Of a stretch of DNA of 64,000 nt, positions 1-12,318 are shown one piece after another. The notes beneath the pieces were generated by a model that was not told the origin of the DNA, made no database searches, and was given only the letters and a program-made list of their open reading frames with translations. The translations under genes were made by a program, and so were the position numbers. Within the stretch, counting starts at the first letter, position 1, and the number at the start of each line of letters is the position of its first letter. Origin of the DNA: Bugula neritina (taxonomy: Eukaryota > Animalia > Bryozoa); contig OZ037767.1 in the NCBI GenBank assembly GCA_964035545.1, positions 15,752,998-15,816,997 on the forward strand. Direction: 5' to 3'.

Positions 1-3000
1 TGCAACTAATTCCGCATAAGTTAGAAGTAATATGTAATAATAAGCAAACTTGAGTGGTATGCTTATAAAAGCAATTTTATCAAATATGAATGCTTTTATT
101 CTGATGATGATCAAGATAGTTTAAATTTCTATCAAAGATTATAAATAGAATTTAAATTTAAACAGTAAAGAACAAATAGAGTAAATTAAAGAGACTATTC
201 TAAACAGCTTCAAAATCAATAATTACTCACAGTCAATCAATTTATTCAAATAATAATGTAATTATAAGTTCAGCTTTACTAAAAACTATACCGACTTAGT
301 AAGAGTTCAGCTGTAAAACTATGTCTACTAAAACATACAACATTAAATCTAGCCTAAGTAGCTTCATTTTTTTTAATTCAGCTGTCAATAAAAGTTACTC
401 AAGAAACTTGGATAAATTAAAATTGATAAAAGTAAAATTAAAACAACGGTACCCAATTTCATTATTATTACTGATTATGTCTTCCGACACCACTGCATTA
501 TGATTAAGTGCTGAAGTAAAAATTTCACTTTTAGGCTTTTATGTTGGGTTTTTCTCGTCTTCAGTTATAAACTTGGTCGCAATAAGTATAACAATATTAT
601 GAATAACTAAACTGAAATAACTACTTACTTTCAGCATAGAGTAAGCGGAAACATTAAAAAAGAAGGTATAAGTGGCTACGGTTAGCGATTATGCGCTGTA
701 AACTGTTTTTTCATTGGCTGTATTAACGGTAGTAATAAACAATTGTATAAGAAAATAACCCTGTCCAAGCCATTAAATCGAATCTTTAGAAAATAATGAA
801 CAGCAATAATTAATAATAACCGATTAAATAAGGTACCTTTCCATTTTTTTACATTGATCAACTAATAAACTGTAAGTTTTAAGCTGATCCACAATGTTTC
901 CACCAGCCATGCTTGATACTCAATATTCATTAAGACTTATAAACTTCTTTTCACTTCGCATATAATTAAAAGGTTAGACAATATTATATTACATTTCCAT
1001 AGTAAAAAAGTATATAAGTGCATGCCAGAAATTCTTTTTTTGTGATTAATAAAACAAAAACTAAAAAAGTCATATCAAAATTTTAGAGACTGGTATGCTG
1101 TTAAATCCTGTGACATATCTCTTTTGAAACATTACTACATTTGTAGAAAGCATTACTATGGTGCTATACAGCAATATTTATGTACATAATTCAACAGTCA
1201 AACTTTCTATTTTCTCCTCTAACATGTCTAGCTGTTTATTTTTCATTAAAGACCTTTTAACTCTGCATGCACTTAAAAATGATTTAACCTTCATATATTA
1301 TGTTTTACTGTGTATGACGTAGTTTTGTTGATAGAAAATTAGCTGCACATTAATTGTAAGACATGATCTGTTTTGTTCCACAAAAAAGAAACAAAATAGC
1401 TTGCATTACAACTATGTGATTTTTTTATTGCCATTATATATTATAATTTGCAGTTCATCAAAAATAGCTTTTAATTGAGAAAAAGCATAAAGCCTGGTGT
1501 GTCAGCCATTTTACACAATATTCTTATTGACTATTTATAGCTATAAGCTGTTGGTCATCTGGCTTTCATGTAGCTTTAGCCTAACTTTTAGGCTTTTGTG
1601 TTAACTTTTAAGTTCAAGTAATTTTTAGAGATTAGACAAATCCAAGAAGTACATAATAAAATTTTGTGCAGCATTTATGCAAACAGTTATAAGCTAAAGA
1701 TGTACAGTGATTTCAAAACATTCTAACATGATTTCTTATACAGTATGTCATAGCATTCATTTCAACCATTGCAAAAAATTATAAATAAACTTTAATTAGA
1801 ATAATTTCTATTATGATAAGTAATCCTAAGTTTTTGAATATAAAATGTTTTCAATGTTGGAGATGTCCAACATTAAAAACGATTTAAATTCAAAAATGAA
1901 AACATTTGTATAATTTACATATGAATGACAAAATGCTGCAGCCATGGCAATATAAATTTAATAAATGCAAATTTGTATTATTTTTATATAATAATAATGG
2001 CTGCATGTGGTGGTCTGTCTTCAGGATGTAATAAAGTAAGAACTAATATATAAGATGCACACAGAAAATTTAAGAAAACCAGACTGCAGTATCAAATAAG
2101 TTTCTCAAAGTATCTCATGTTTTATAAGAATCAAGCATATAACAGCATAAGTCTAATTTTATCATTTATTCAAATGAGAGAAATTATTGCAAAATATGCA
2201 CTATACCTACTCTGAGCGTGCTTTCACTCACTGTAAGCATAATCTACTCAAGATCTATATATTTTCTATAACAAACTCTATAAATACTCTGTACTTACTC
2301 TATACATATTCTATACAAGCTATATAAGCATAGCCTGCATCTATGCTATACCATAATTTATATATTATATTTGACATATTATATAATCTATACACTCAAT
2401 CAACTTCTGTTCTATATATTATTTGAAATACAACATTTTTTTTAAATTTGAGGGTGTCATTCCAGTTAAACGCTTGGCTTATGAATTCCCCACTTAGACT
2501 ATTTATTTATTTTGTTACTATATATGGTTTTAGTTAGGGTTTGGTGTTTGGGAAGCCTCTAACTGGGATGAAACAAGTTGAGACTGCATAACTTGTCTAT
2601 ATACCTATAATTAAATTACTGCACAAAAATTATCCGGTGTGTCTCAGACACACTCAAGTTTGCTCATTTTTTGTCAAAACAATATCTTAAGACTTAAGCT
2701 ATCAATTGACTTTAACAGAATATACAGCTGATTTGTAGGAACAGTTGAGTTAGTATTTTAAAGCTGTGTTTATTTAATAACAAATTTTATGCTCTACAGT
2801 ATAATATGGTATTTCAAAATACCTTAATGCATGTTAAAAGGTAGCAATATATCAATATATATACTATTCCAACTCTTGCCACACAAATGAATTGAAATTA
2901 CATTAAATATATCCCATGAATTATATTATATTATTTATTTAAATGTTTCAAACATATATATTTATTATCATTTAAAGTACGGAATGTCCTAGAAAATTTT

Positions 3001-3370
3001 CATTACATTACTTTTTATCTAAACAGTTTTAAAAACAAAGCTCAGCCTAAAGCTAAAAGATTAACTTATTCACAAGCCTTTTTTTGGCTTTATTGATAAT
3101 GCTTACAAAATTTAACTATAGCCATTTCCAATAAGAGATTAGACTCATGCACAGCCCAACAAGCTAATAGCTGGTTACAAAAGCTATACAGCTAGCTAAA
3201 AGCTATTTTCCCACCAACTACCATAAAAGCATGACTTCTTAGACATGTTTTCATTGGAGTTACCAATCTGTATCTGAAGAGTGCCAGCTGACAAGCCTGT
3301 TATTTTTGCTTGAAATTTATACTTGTTTTAGCTAGTTTTACCTAAATAGTCTTTATACTCAAATTACATA

Positions 3371-6300
3371 ATGGTAAGTTATTTTAAAGTTTTATTTGCT
3401 GTTTAATTTTGTTTTTTAATCACAAATTAATATTTTCTGCTGATTGGTCTTGTATGTACTTGTTGACCATTTTTATCTCATAATCACAAATCAAGTGTGT
3501 GCAAATTTTTTATTACATTTTTATTTTTTTGAGGTTTACAAAACACTTGATTTTATTTTTATTCAATATTTTTATTGCCATGGCAACAGTCTATTTTTAT
3601 TACTTTTTATGCTTACTTTGATAATATAATTGAAGTTATTCTACAGCTAACATGCATGTTTTGATTTTTCAGAATGAAAATTTCAGTAAAGTACTCCGAA
3701 GTGCAGGGGAAGGTAATTCCCTCCCAAATCCAAACCACCATCCAAGTGGATCTTTTATCACCAATGAATCGACGACTCCACCAGGTAGTGTTGAATTGTA
3801 GCACTAAAATTTTACTAAACATTGATTATACTAAATATCTTGTTGCATAAAAATCTTTAGTATTTTCAGAATTAAGGAGCAGCTGTGGTCTAGGGATTAG
3901 AGCGGTGGCCTAGTAAGCACAAAGTCATAGGTTCGAACCCCAGTAAAGGCCACTGTGATGTTAGGAAGAGTCATAATTATATACTCCTGTGTCACTTATG
4001 AATAAGTCCTTAGCTTGCTTTAAAACAAACCTTTCCATCAGGGATTTCTCCCAGGAATAGTGACTATAAACTATAAAAAAAAATTAATAGATACTTGACT
4101 GTTTTTAAATTTAAACTTGTAATTTATGCAGGCTGTGGGCTGGGATCATTTGCTTCCAGTATTACTAACAACATGGTGTACAGTCACTGGAATGACTCTG
4201 TCAATGGTAGTAGAGTTAGGCAATTGGCTGGTAAGAATAAATAATCAAACTATCATTTAGGTGCAGCAGTGGAGAAATTGAAATAGCCTTAGCTCTTTAT
4301 ATTTCTTTATAGAATTTGGTTTGGGGTGCCGTTAAAACATAACTCTTTTTTACTTTATTTCTAATCTAGAACACAGACTTTTCTCAATTTCTTCATTACT
4401 GCACCTACCTCTTGTAGTCATAAGAAAGTCAATTTGGAGAAAAGTTTATTTTAGACTTTATAATTCACAACTACTATGATGTTGTATTGTCAGCTGATGA
4501 TGTTGTATTGTCAGGTGAAGGAAAACCTAATGGGCTGGACTCTTTGGATCAGAATTTTAACACCACTGCTGTGAGAAGACTGCAGGACTTCCTGCAACTG
4601 TACCATGCAGCAGAGGCTAATGCTCTTATCAACCAGCTAGTGCAGAATATGCCACCTTTTCAGCAATCTTCGGGTAATGGTGGACTTTCGCAAAACCTCG
4701 CACCTCCTGGAAGGTTGCTGAATGCACTCAGTTTGGTAAGCAGTACAGAATACAGTTTGTAAATTTTATAACTAAAAAAAGTTTTTGTATTGTTAGCAAA
4801 ATTATCATTCTGTGGTTTAATTGTGATTTCTCAGTAGTCCATGTAGTTTTAAAGAGGACTGCGGTTCCATCTTTGGTGTGGCAGAATTTTTTTACAGATT
4901 TCAAAGATTTTTTTTCACAATTTTATAACAATTTATGATTAAAAAATAGGAAGATGAACTACTTTTCGTAGTTTATTAGTTATAATAAGTTTCTATGCCA
5001 CCTGTAGTTTCTCTAACAGATGCTGCATGCATAAGGACATATGAAAATCATTTAATAAGTTGCAAGTAAAACTAGATGAACAAAATATATTATAATGCTA
5101 TTTTTCAGTATAGAGTGTTTGACAAAGTTTTCAAATCGTCTTTGAAACCTAAAAGAATTCGTTATAACATGTTTCAGAGTACAGAAGGAGATGCTTCTGC
5201 AATTTATCCTTCCTCCCAGCAGTCTAAATCCCCGACTCTCATCAGAGGGACTTATTCCAACCGAGTGCTGGAACACCACTATTTGCCGGCCAGCAGTACT
5301 TCCACTCACTCCCCCAACGACTCCGGTGCTGAAGGGACATTTAGTAGTGGAGTTGGGGGGCCGCCATCCTCTACCAACATTTACGATAGCCAAGAAGACT
5401 GTGTCTGCGAAGATCACAGCTACACTAACCAGGCTGACAAGCTTCAGGGAAAAGAAAATCAAATTGAGAAGTAAGTTTTTGATTTAAATTATTTATTAAA
5501 AAGTAGGGAAACTCTTAAAACATTTAGAAAACTAAGGAAATCTGGAAAAATATTTTTGTAAAAATAAAATTTAACAAGAAAATGTATAACAGTTTAAATC
5601 ATACACCAAAGTCAATTAAAAAAAACATTGCTTGAAAAAGAAAGAAATGTCTTTTGATGAGCAATGCAAGATTAAATTTGTTTTCTGGAAACAACACTGT
5701 AAAACACAGTATCATTTATGTCAATCTGTGGTAGGTCTATGACTCATCTTTAACTAATGCTCCAACATTTGTGATCTGGGTTCACGTGCACCCGAAGATG
5801 TAAGCATGCTTCTGTGTTTCAGGTGGCCAATGAATCCCGTTATGAGTTCCACCATTCTGGATAACAAGTACATTCCAGACTGCCTCCAGAGGATCGCCAA
5901 CAACAGCGCTCGCTCAAGGTTTATGGAGATGCCAAGTTCTCTGTTTGAAAGCAAGGCAAGCTCTGAGAATAGTGGAGAGTTTATTTTTGGTAACAAAGCA
6001 TCTAATACGGGCATTGCGTCATGCAGTTCTGCATCGGAAGGAAGCCTATCCAATAAGAGGAAGTACCAGAGCTCCAGCTCAGACGACTTGGAGTACAGTC
6101 TTTGGGTAAATAATTTTAGAAAGTACAGAGGCAAAGATTTTTTGAATGTAGAATTAGAGTTTATTTTGTGGACTCAAAGCACTTTGTTTGGGCACTATTG
6201 AGCATAAAACTTTACAAAACATATTTAACCTTTATGCTGCGGCAATGAGTATAATCGTAATTTCATTTGTTGATTTTCTGTTTTCGAAGATATTAAACAT

Positions 6301-9300
6301 TCTTATGCTTATGCAATGTGGCATATAATTTCTACTAAACGCAATAAAAAGTTGCCTCCGTATTATAAGTATATTCACGATGCTCAGTTTTACCTAAGTT
6401 CTGTTGTCCTATAAATATGGGCTATAAAGTTTCACTTGCTTTAAGGATTCACTCGCTCGTATCTTTTTACAGGGGAAGCTGGACTTAAGTAACCCACTAG
6501 TTTCTAAGCCCGAAAGTGTAGTACATGAAATACAGAAAGAAGATGGCACATTCTTCCGCTACAACACCAAGTAGGCAATTTTAAGTGTCTAAACAGAGTA
6601 CAAACTGTTTTAATTATCATGCATTGTGCTTATCACTCAAGATCTCATTATATTGCCTTTAACATCTTTTGAAACCGTGACAAAGTCAATGTGATACTGA
6701 GTTTATTAAACATGCAATGCTTACATTTATTTATATTAATTATTTCTTGTGTCTTCTCTTACTCTTTTAGTAAAGGAATGCCTTTAGAAACTATTGGTGA
6801 AGATTTTGACACACCCAGGGCTCCCATAGGTAAACTTTATTTTACTTTTTAAAAAATTGCAATTGCCTTGTCATCATGAACAGAAACAAACTTGCTTAAA
6901 TCCTCATTTACCCAGAAACTGAAAGTATAAGAATTTCTTACAGAGCTAATGATTGTATTCTATTAAATTGTGTTTCTATAGAACCTTGCTAAAGGAACAT
7001 TCTAGAATAAAGCAGCATGTGATGTGTACCTCACCAAAGATTTTCAGTTTTTTTTAGAAAGTGACAAACCTGAACAATTTGGAAAACATTTTTTAGCAAT
7101 AACTTTGAAATTCTATTGAATACAAATTTAGCTATCTGGTATAAATATGTGCTTCAAACACCATACATGCTGTACTATAGTTAATTCCAAATGTTTATAC
7201 CTACTTGAAATTTCTTACTGAATTTGTTTCTTATTCTTCCAGGTGATGTAAGGGAAAGAAATAACGCTAACCAGTACAGAGGTAGACTCAGGCCCTCTGT
7301 CAACTTGAACCCAATGTACGACGTCTTAGCTCCGCCTACAGATATTGACATTGCCGCTGAGCTGCACAGGCATTCTGCCCGTGAGTGATTAAGCAAAATT
7401 GATTTAAAGAAATTTGAATTATGACTTGCTATTGCTAATATCACACTTAGTAAACTTTTGGGTCATTTAATGAAAGCTTTTGTTATAATTACTAAAAATG
7501 CTATTGAAATTTATGCTCATGATTCACTTCTATTGCTTAATCTACATAAAAGTTTTTGTTGTGCTTGGAAGAATTATATAAACTTCCACAGTTGAAGTTT
7601 TTAGCATTTATGTTTAAATTTGCTTTCTGAAATTTTACTAATTTATATGATTAGGATTCGGTTTTAGGAGAGGTTTTTGGTGCACTCGGCAAAATTATTA
7701 ACTCCAAAAATTAATAATCTTCAGCAGTTGAAGTTCTTATAGTTATTTTCAAGTTTTGTTTTCTGGAATTTTAGCTATGAATGCTGCCTCTTACACCTGG
7801 AGTGGTGAGCTGCCACTAGTTTTTTACGGAGATCCACATTACTCTTGCAAAGTGTTTCTCGGTGGAGTTCCTTGGGACATCACCGAATGTGACCCCCGAG
7901 TGGCCTTCAGACAGTTTGGTAAAGTTCAGGTTGAATTTCCGGGGAAGTCCGGCACTCTGAAATACCCAAAGTTTGCTTGCAAGGGCAGACAGTGCAGCTA
8001 CGAAGGCGCACCAAGCTCATCTTGCTGTGGTAAGTAATGCATTATAGTCGGTGTTTATGCTGCGGTTATCATTGTCGCATTATAACTAAAACCGTATAAA
8101 TGGGACTGCGACATTCTGTTGTAATCTGGTATGGAATTTTGAGGTATTGTTCTAAAGCAGCAATGTCTTGGTACAAGAACCTAAATAGATTGACACCCAA
8201 CTAAATGTAGGCGGCAAAACCATGGAGGACAAATTGTTACATATCAGACATCTACATGTGTTCCAAAGAATACTTATAAGTATATATTATATAATGTGTT
8301 TCAAAGAGTACTTAAGTATATATAATGTATTTCAAAGGGTACTTGTACGTCATCTTTGAGAGTGATGAGATGGTGAAAGCCATGCTGAATGCCTGCAAGA
8401 AGCATGAGTCATACGAAGGAAAATACTACCACGTTGTTTCCAGCCGAAAGCTAAAGCACAAGGAGGTATACAATATGGATACTATTGGCCAATTGTATGC
8501 AGAAAGGATATTATTTTGTAAGCTTTTTACATGTTTTAGAGTATCATTTACTTTCTGCCAGGTACAAGTAATTCCATGGGCGATTGAAGGAAGCGACTAT
8601 ATGTCTAGACGCGGTTACGCCGACTCTAAATACCCGGCTAAGCTAAGCACAGACACCACAATATTTGTGGGAGCTCTGCATGGTATGCTGAACGCGGAAG
8701 GACTAGCCTGTGTTATGGAAGAACTGTTTGGCCCAGTCATCTATGCCAGCATTGACACGGACAAACACAAATACCCAATTGGTAGGAGCTTAATCTAAGT
8801 TTTGACACAATTTTTGGACTCCTTTAAACATGCAGCTGGTGTTAGGATATCAAATGATATGCTTTTCTTGAACTTGTTCCCAATTTCAGCTCTATTATCA
8901 TTACATTGTAAACTATTTATGCTTTATCTATTATATATCATGCCATGCCTTGTTATTTTACTATAAATGCATTGATGTTTGCAATATCTGTAATATTGTA
9001 ACTTATAAGTACACTGTTTGTATACTGTCAACACCCTATAAGATTTCATTGATATATTACACAGTATGAATAATTTAATAGCAGAACGTGGCTGTATCTG
9101 TTGTAGGTTCTGGCCGTGTGACTTTCAGCTGCCATGACAGCTACAGAAATGCACTTGGCGCTGCTTTTGTGGAAATAAAAACCCCAAAGTTTACTAAAAA
9201 AGTATTTACCACATAAACATGCTCCATAACTGTTCTAGTGTTCACATTTATGTTTTTGTGTAAATTGTTATAATATATTTAATTGCATTTTTTGGTTTAA

Positions 9301-10280
9301 ATTACTAAATATTTGAATTTTTGCAAACTTGTAGTGCAATTATGAAGCTAAACTGTGTATTTTACTTGAATGATTTGCAGGTACAACTAGACCCTTACTT
9401 GGAGGAATCTATCTGTTACGTGTGCAGGATTAGTTTGGGGCCATACTTTTGCAGACATCCAATGTGCTCCAAGGTAACACAATTCCTCGATTATATTGAG
9501 GAAAAGTAGCTCTGCTTCTAAACCATGAGGAAATGTATTTGACAACTTCAAGTATTTAATTATTTAATTTAGGTTTTTATTTAATTTAATTAATTATTTA
9601 ATCTAATTTAAATTAATTTAATTACCAAAATCTATAAGGTTTGATAAGACTTTTTAGCAGCTTAAGAATTGCACATAAAATTAATTTGATAATCTTGAAA
9701 GTTCAACTGCTATAATTGTTACCATAATACATTATCTGTTGGTGAAAATATACTTTTTCATTAAAAAAATCTTTTAGCATGTCACTTTTCCAAATTTACT
9801 GCAAACATGGTCATGAAAAATGTTTACTGCATGAGAGCTATTATAATCTCATTTAGTTCAATTGAAGTGATGGTTTAACTGAAAATAGGACCTGATGAGG
9901 TGATGTCTAAGTTGTTGAATAGTTTGAGGAATAATTTTTAGTATACTGTAAAAAGAGTAGTATAAGGTACAAGATTATTATTAGTAAATTAACATACAAA
10001 TGCATTATTAATAATAAAAAATCTTCAACATATCAGATTTTGAAAAAAACATTACACTGCATGTCAATTATTTATTTGTCTGACTCCGCTAACTTTGCAC
10101 TTCGATTTTTAATAAAGTTGTCTGGTTTCATTCTCCCAGTACTTCTGTGAACTCTGTTGGCGCTGGCAGCACGCTGACTTGGGGGAAGGAGCCCAGGCCC
10201 ATCATCCTCTTACCAGAAACTCTAAAAAGAGTCGTGGTTTCTCAGAAGGAGGTTCTAGACACGCTAGAAATGGCATTTAA
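3371..10280 (+). CDS. CPEB1: Cytoplasmic polyadenylation element-binding protein, CPEB1/Orb subfamily (2 RRM + ZZ-type zinc finger), ~745 aa, 15 coding exons: 3371-3373, 3673-3784, 4132-4230, 4515-4735, 5178-5470, 5823-6105, 6473-6570, 6771-6829, 7243-7380, 7775-8029, 8338-8465, 8562-8781, 9107-9201, 9381-9473, 10140-10280
   Basis: Diagnostic motifs are [104 protein letters not shown] and [35 protein letters not shown]. All exons join in phase across GT-AG introns (2238 nt total). The 5' exons and the start (ATG|gtaagt at 3371) are less certain than the RRM/ZZ exons. Confidence 0.93.
3882..4082 (+). mobile_element. tRNA-derived SINE in a CPEB intron
   Basis: A-box-like TGGTCTAGGGATTAG, B box GGTTCGAACCC, ~130 bp body and a (CTATAAA)2 plus poly-A tail. 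Confidence 0.7.
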
Positions 10281-10631
10281 ATACGAAACTGTTGCATATA
10301 TCTTATATGGAAGTTATGTTTAGTGTCTCATTGTTGTTTACTCTTGTTCTGTTTATTTTGCTGTTCTGTTTGCTGCTATATTTTTCCAAGCTTTATTTTT
10401 TTAAGCCAGTGGTTTTAAGTAAAACTTCCTTTATTTCCTGTTTTAAATCCTTGCTTAGTAAACATCAAAAACAAACAAAAAATGATTAAAGGCTCCCTAT
10501 AGTAAAGTGCGTAGATTTTAATAATTTAGTGAAGGATGTTTGAAGGTATTAGAGCTGTTTATTTGCTAGTCTTAGGGGTGTAGTTTTGTATTTTGTAGAA
10601 TAATATTACCTGTTATATTATATTAAACATA

Positions 10632-10637
10632 AATAAA
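10632..10637 (+). promoter_or_regulatory. Probable polyadenylation signal (AATAAA) of the CPEB gene
   Basis: AATAAA ~350 nt after the stop codon, with ATTAAA at 10622. The AT-rich background makes this tentative. Confidence 0.4.
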
Positions 10638-11122
10638 AAAATCTCTCACATAAATCATTTGCCAACAATTAAATCTGCACCCAATACTGGAATAAGATCA
10701 TAAGGAACTATATATAGTATATATATAGGCACACTGTTAAACCAACGGTGCTTCATTGTTACTCAAACACATTTATTTCTCTTTTTTAATGAAAATGATC
10801 GGTAAAAAATATTCAGATAGTTTACAAAAAGCAGCAAAGCTCAGAATTCAGAATAATATTTATATTCCATGCCAGATGCATTACATAATACTGTTTATTG
10901 AAAATGCATGTTGTAATATGTCAAGTGTTCATTAAATATAAATGGAATACAAGATCAGATTTATATAACATATAGCTAAATATTTAGAGTTATATACAGT
11001 TAGCTCAAATGTATATAAAGATATATTATGCAGAAGAATAAAATGAAATTTTTGTTTAAAGAAATTAAAAAGAATATTTCAATATATTACTGTAAAAATT
11101 AGTTTCAAATCTTAGATAAGTT

Positions 11123-12318
11123 CTAAACGAGCACATAGCAAGTAGAACTTGAAGAATGTTCAAACACAACTGAAACCTCATTATGAATAAAACATTTAGC
11201 TGTAGAGGTTATTGAAAATGCTGCACAATCTTCATATTGCACACTGCAAGCGTAGGCACATGATTCTATTGAGAGCTGTTTGAAAACCTCAACAGATTTA
11301 CTGCTACACATTCGATCAGATAACGCTGAGAATCTTTTATGCTTTGGATGACTCATGTAGTAAAAAGTTTGAGAAGTTTTGCTGTAGACAATGAAATTAT
11401 TCTCAGTTGATGTGGCAGATATGAGGTCAAGGTCAGTGTTCAGACCAGTCACCACAACATCTACTAATCCAACATGGCCGCTACTTACTTTGAATCTCTT
11501 CAGTTTTCCTTTGTTTACAAACAGCGGCTGCCCATCCATAACAATAGGTATGCAATTGTTGCTGCACTCAAAGCTGACAGTGATGGTGTTTGTGTGAACA
11601 AGAGATTTAGCTTCACATGTTTTAATATCACTTGTAAGTGAAACAACTCCAAATGATTGAACTGTTGGATAATAAAAGTTGTTGGCAAAGCCAGTTACAA
11701 AACCAAACTGAAGACCATAGTAGCCATGTATTATAAAATATGATGGATAGATGTTTACCATTACAGGGTAAACATTATTGTTCTTCACACAATTTATGAT
11801 TAGTCGTGTGACGTCTGCAAAGTATAAAATTGCCAGGTGAGTTGGTGAATCAAGTCTAATGTCAGAGATTCGAGAGTATGTTTGATATGCAATGAGAGTA
11901 CCTGCTTCACCGCATTGACCAATCATAGCATAGTTTACATTTAGTAGGTCATCAAGATTTACTGCTTTTATACAGTGCTCTGATTGGTCCGCTACAAAAA
12001 TAAACTGTTTCTTGTGAGATTCTAAAAGGCTGAGTTTTGACAGGTTGGCAAAAAAAATACAACTAATTGAGGTGAATGTGTAGAGATTTTGCAAATAAGC
12101 ACAACCTTGTAGCTGCACACCAGCTACTACTGTACAGTCTCCATGGTGATTAATCTCTACAAGTTGTCTTGATGTAGCTGCTAATATTTTAGTAGAATCA
12201 GTTGGATGTTCAATAAAGGATATGATGTCATCAGTCATTTTCTTGACCTCAATGTGACTAGTGGCCTGGTAAGGAGTGCTGATTGGACCGTCTGCCGAAT
12301 CAATTATTAACCTTTGAC
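11123..12318 (-). CDS. Large terminal exon (~398 aa) of a probably extracellular protein with degenerate NHL-like/beta-propeller repeats and a C-terminal PAN/apple domain
   Basis: 1.2 kb stop-free frame in very AT-rich DNA. NHL-like segments are IFVADQSEHCIKAV, GQCGEAG and RLDSPTHLAI. The PAN pattern is SIESCAYACSVQYEDCAAFSITSTAKCFIH...CY. The ORF-track start is GTG; a splice acceptor (tatttgtag|GT CAA AGG) precedes 12318. Confidence 0.7.

Noticed and set aside
1997-2035. Alternative first coding exon MAACGGLSSGCNK|gtaaga for CPEB
   Set aside because: It is phase-compatible but unsupported; ATG|gtaagt at 3371 with an upstream acceptor is the simpler model. It cannot be excluded without RNA data.
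3882-3950. Functional tRNA gene
   Set aside because: A and B boxes are present but there is no convincing cloverleaf, and the sequence continues into a SINE-like body and A tail
5052-6134. Minus-strand and alternative-frame ORFs (5052-5462, 5191-5487, 5754-6134)
   Set aside because: They are shadows of real CPEB exons
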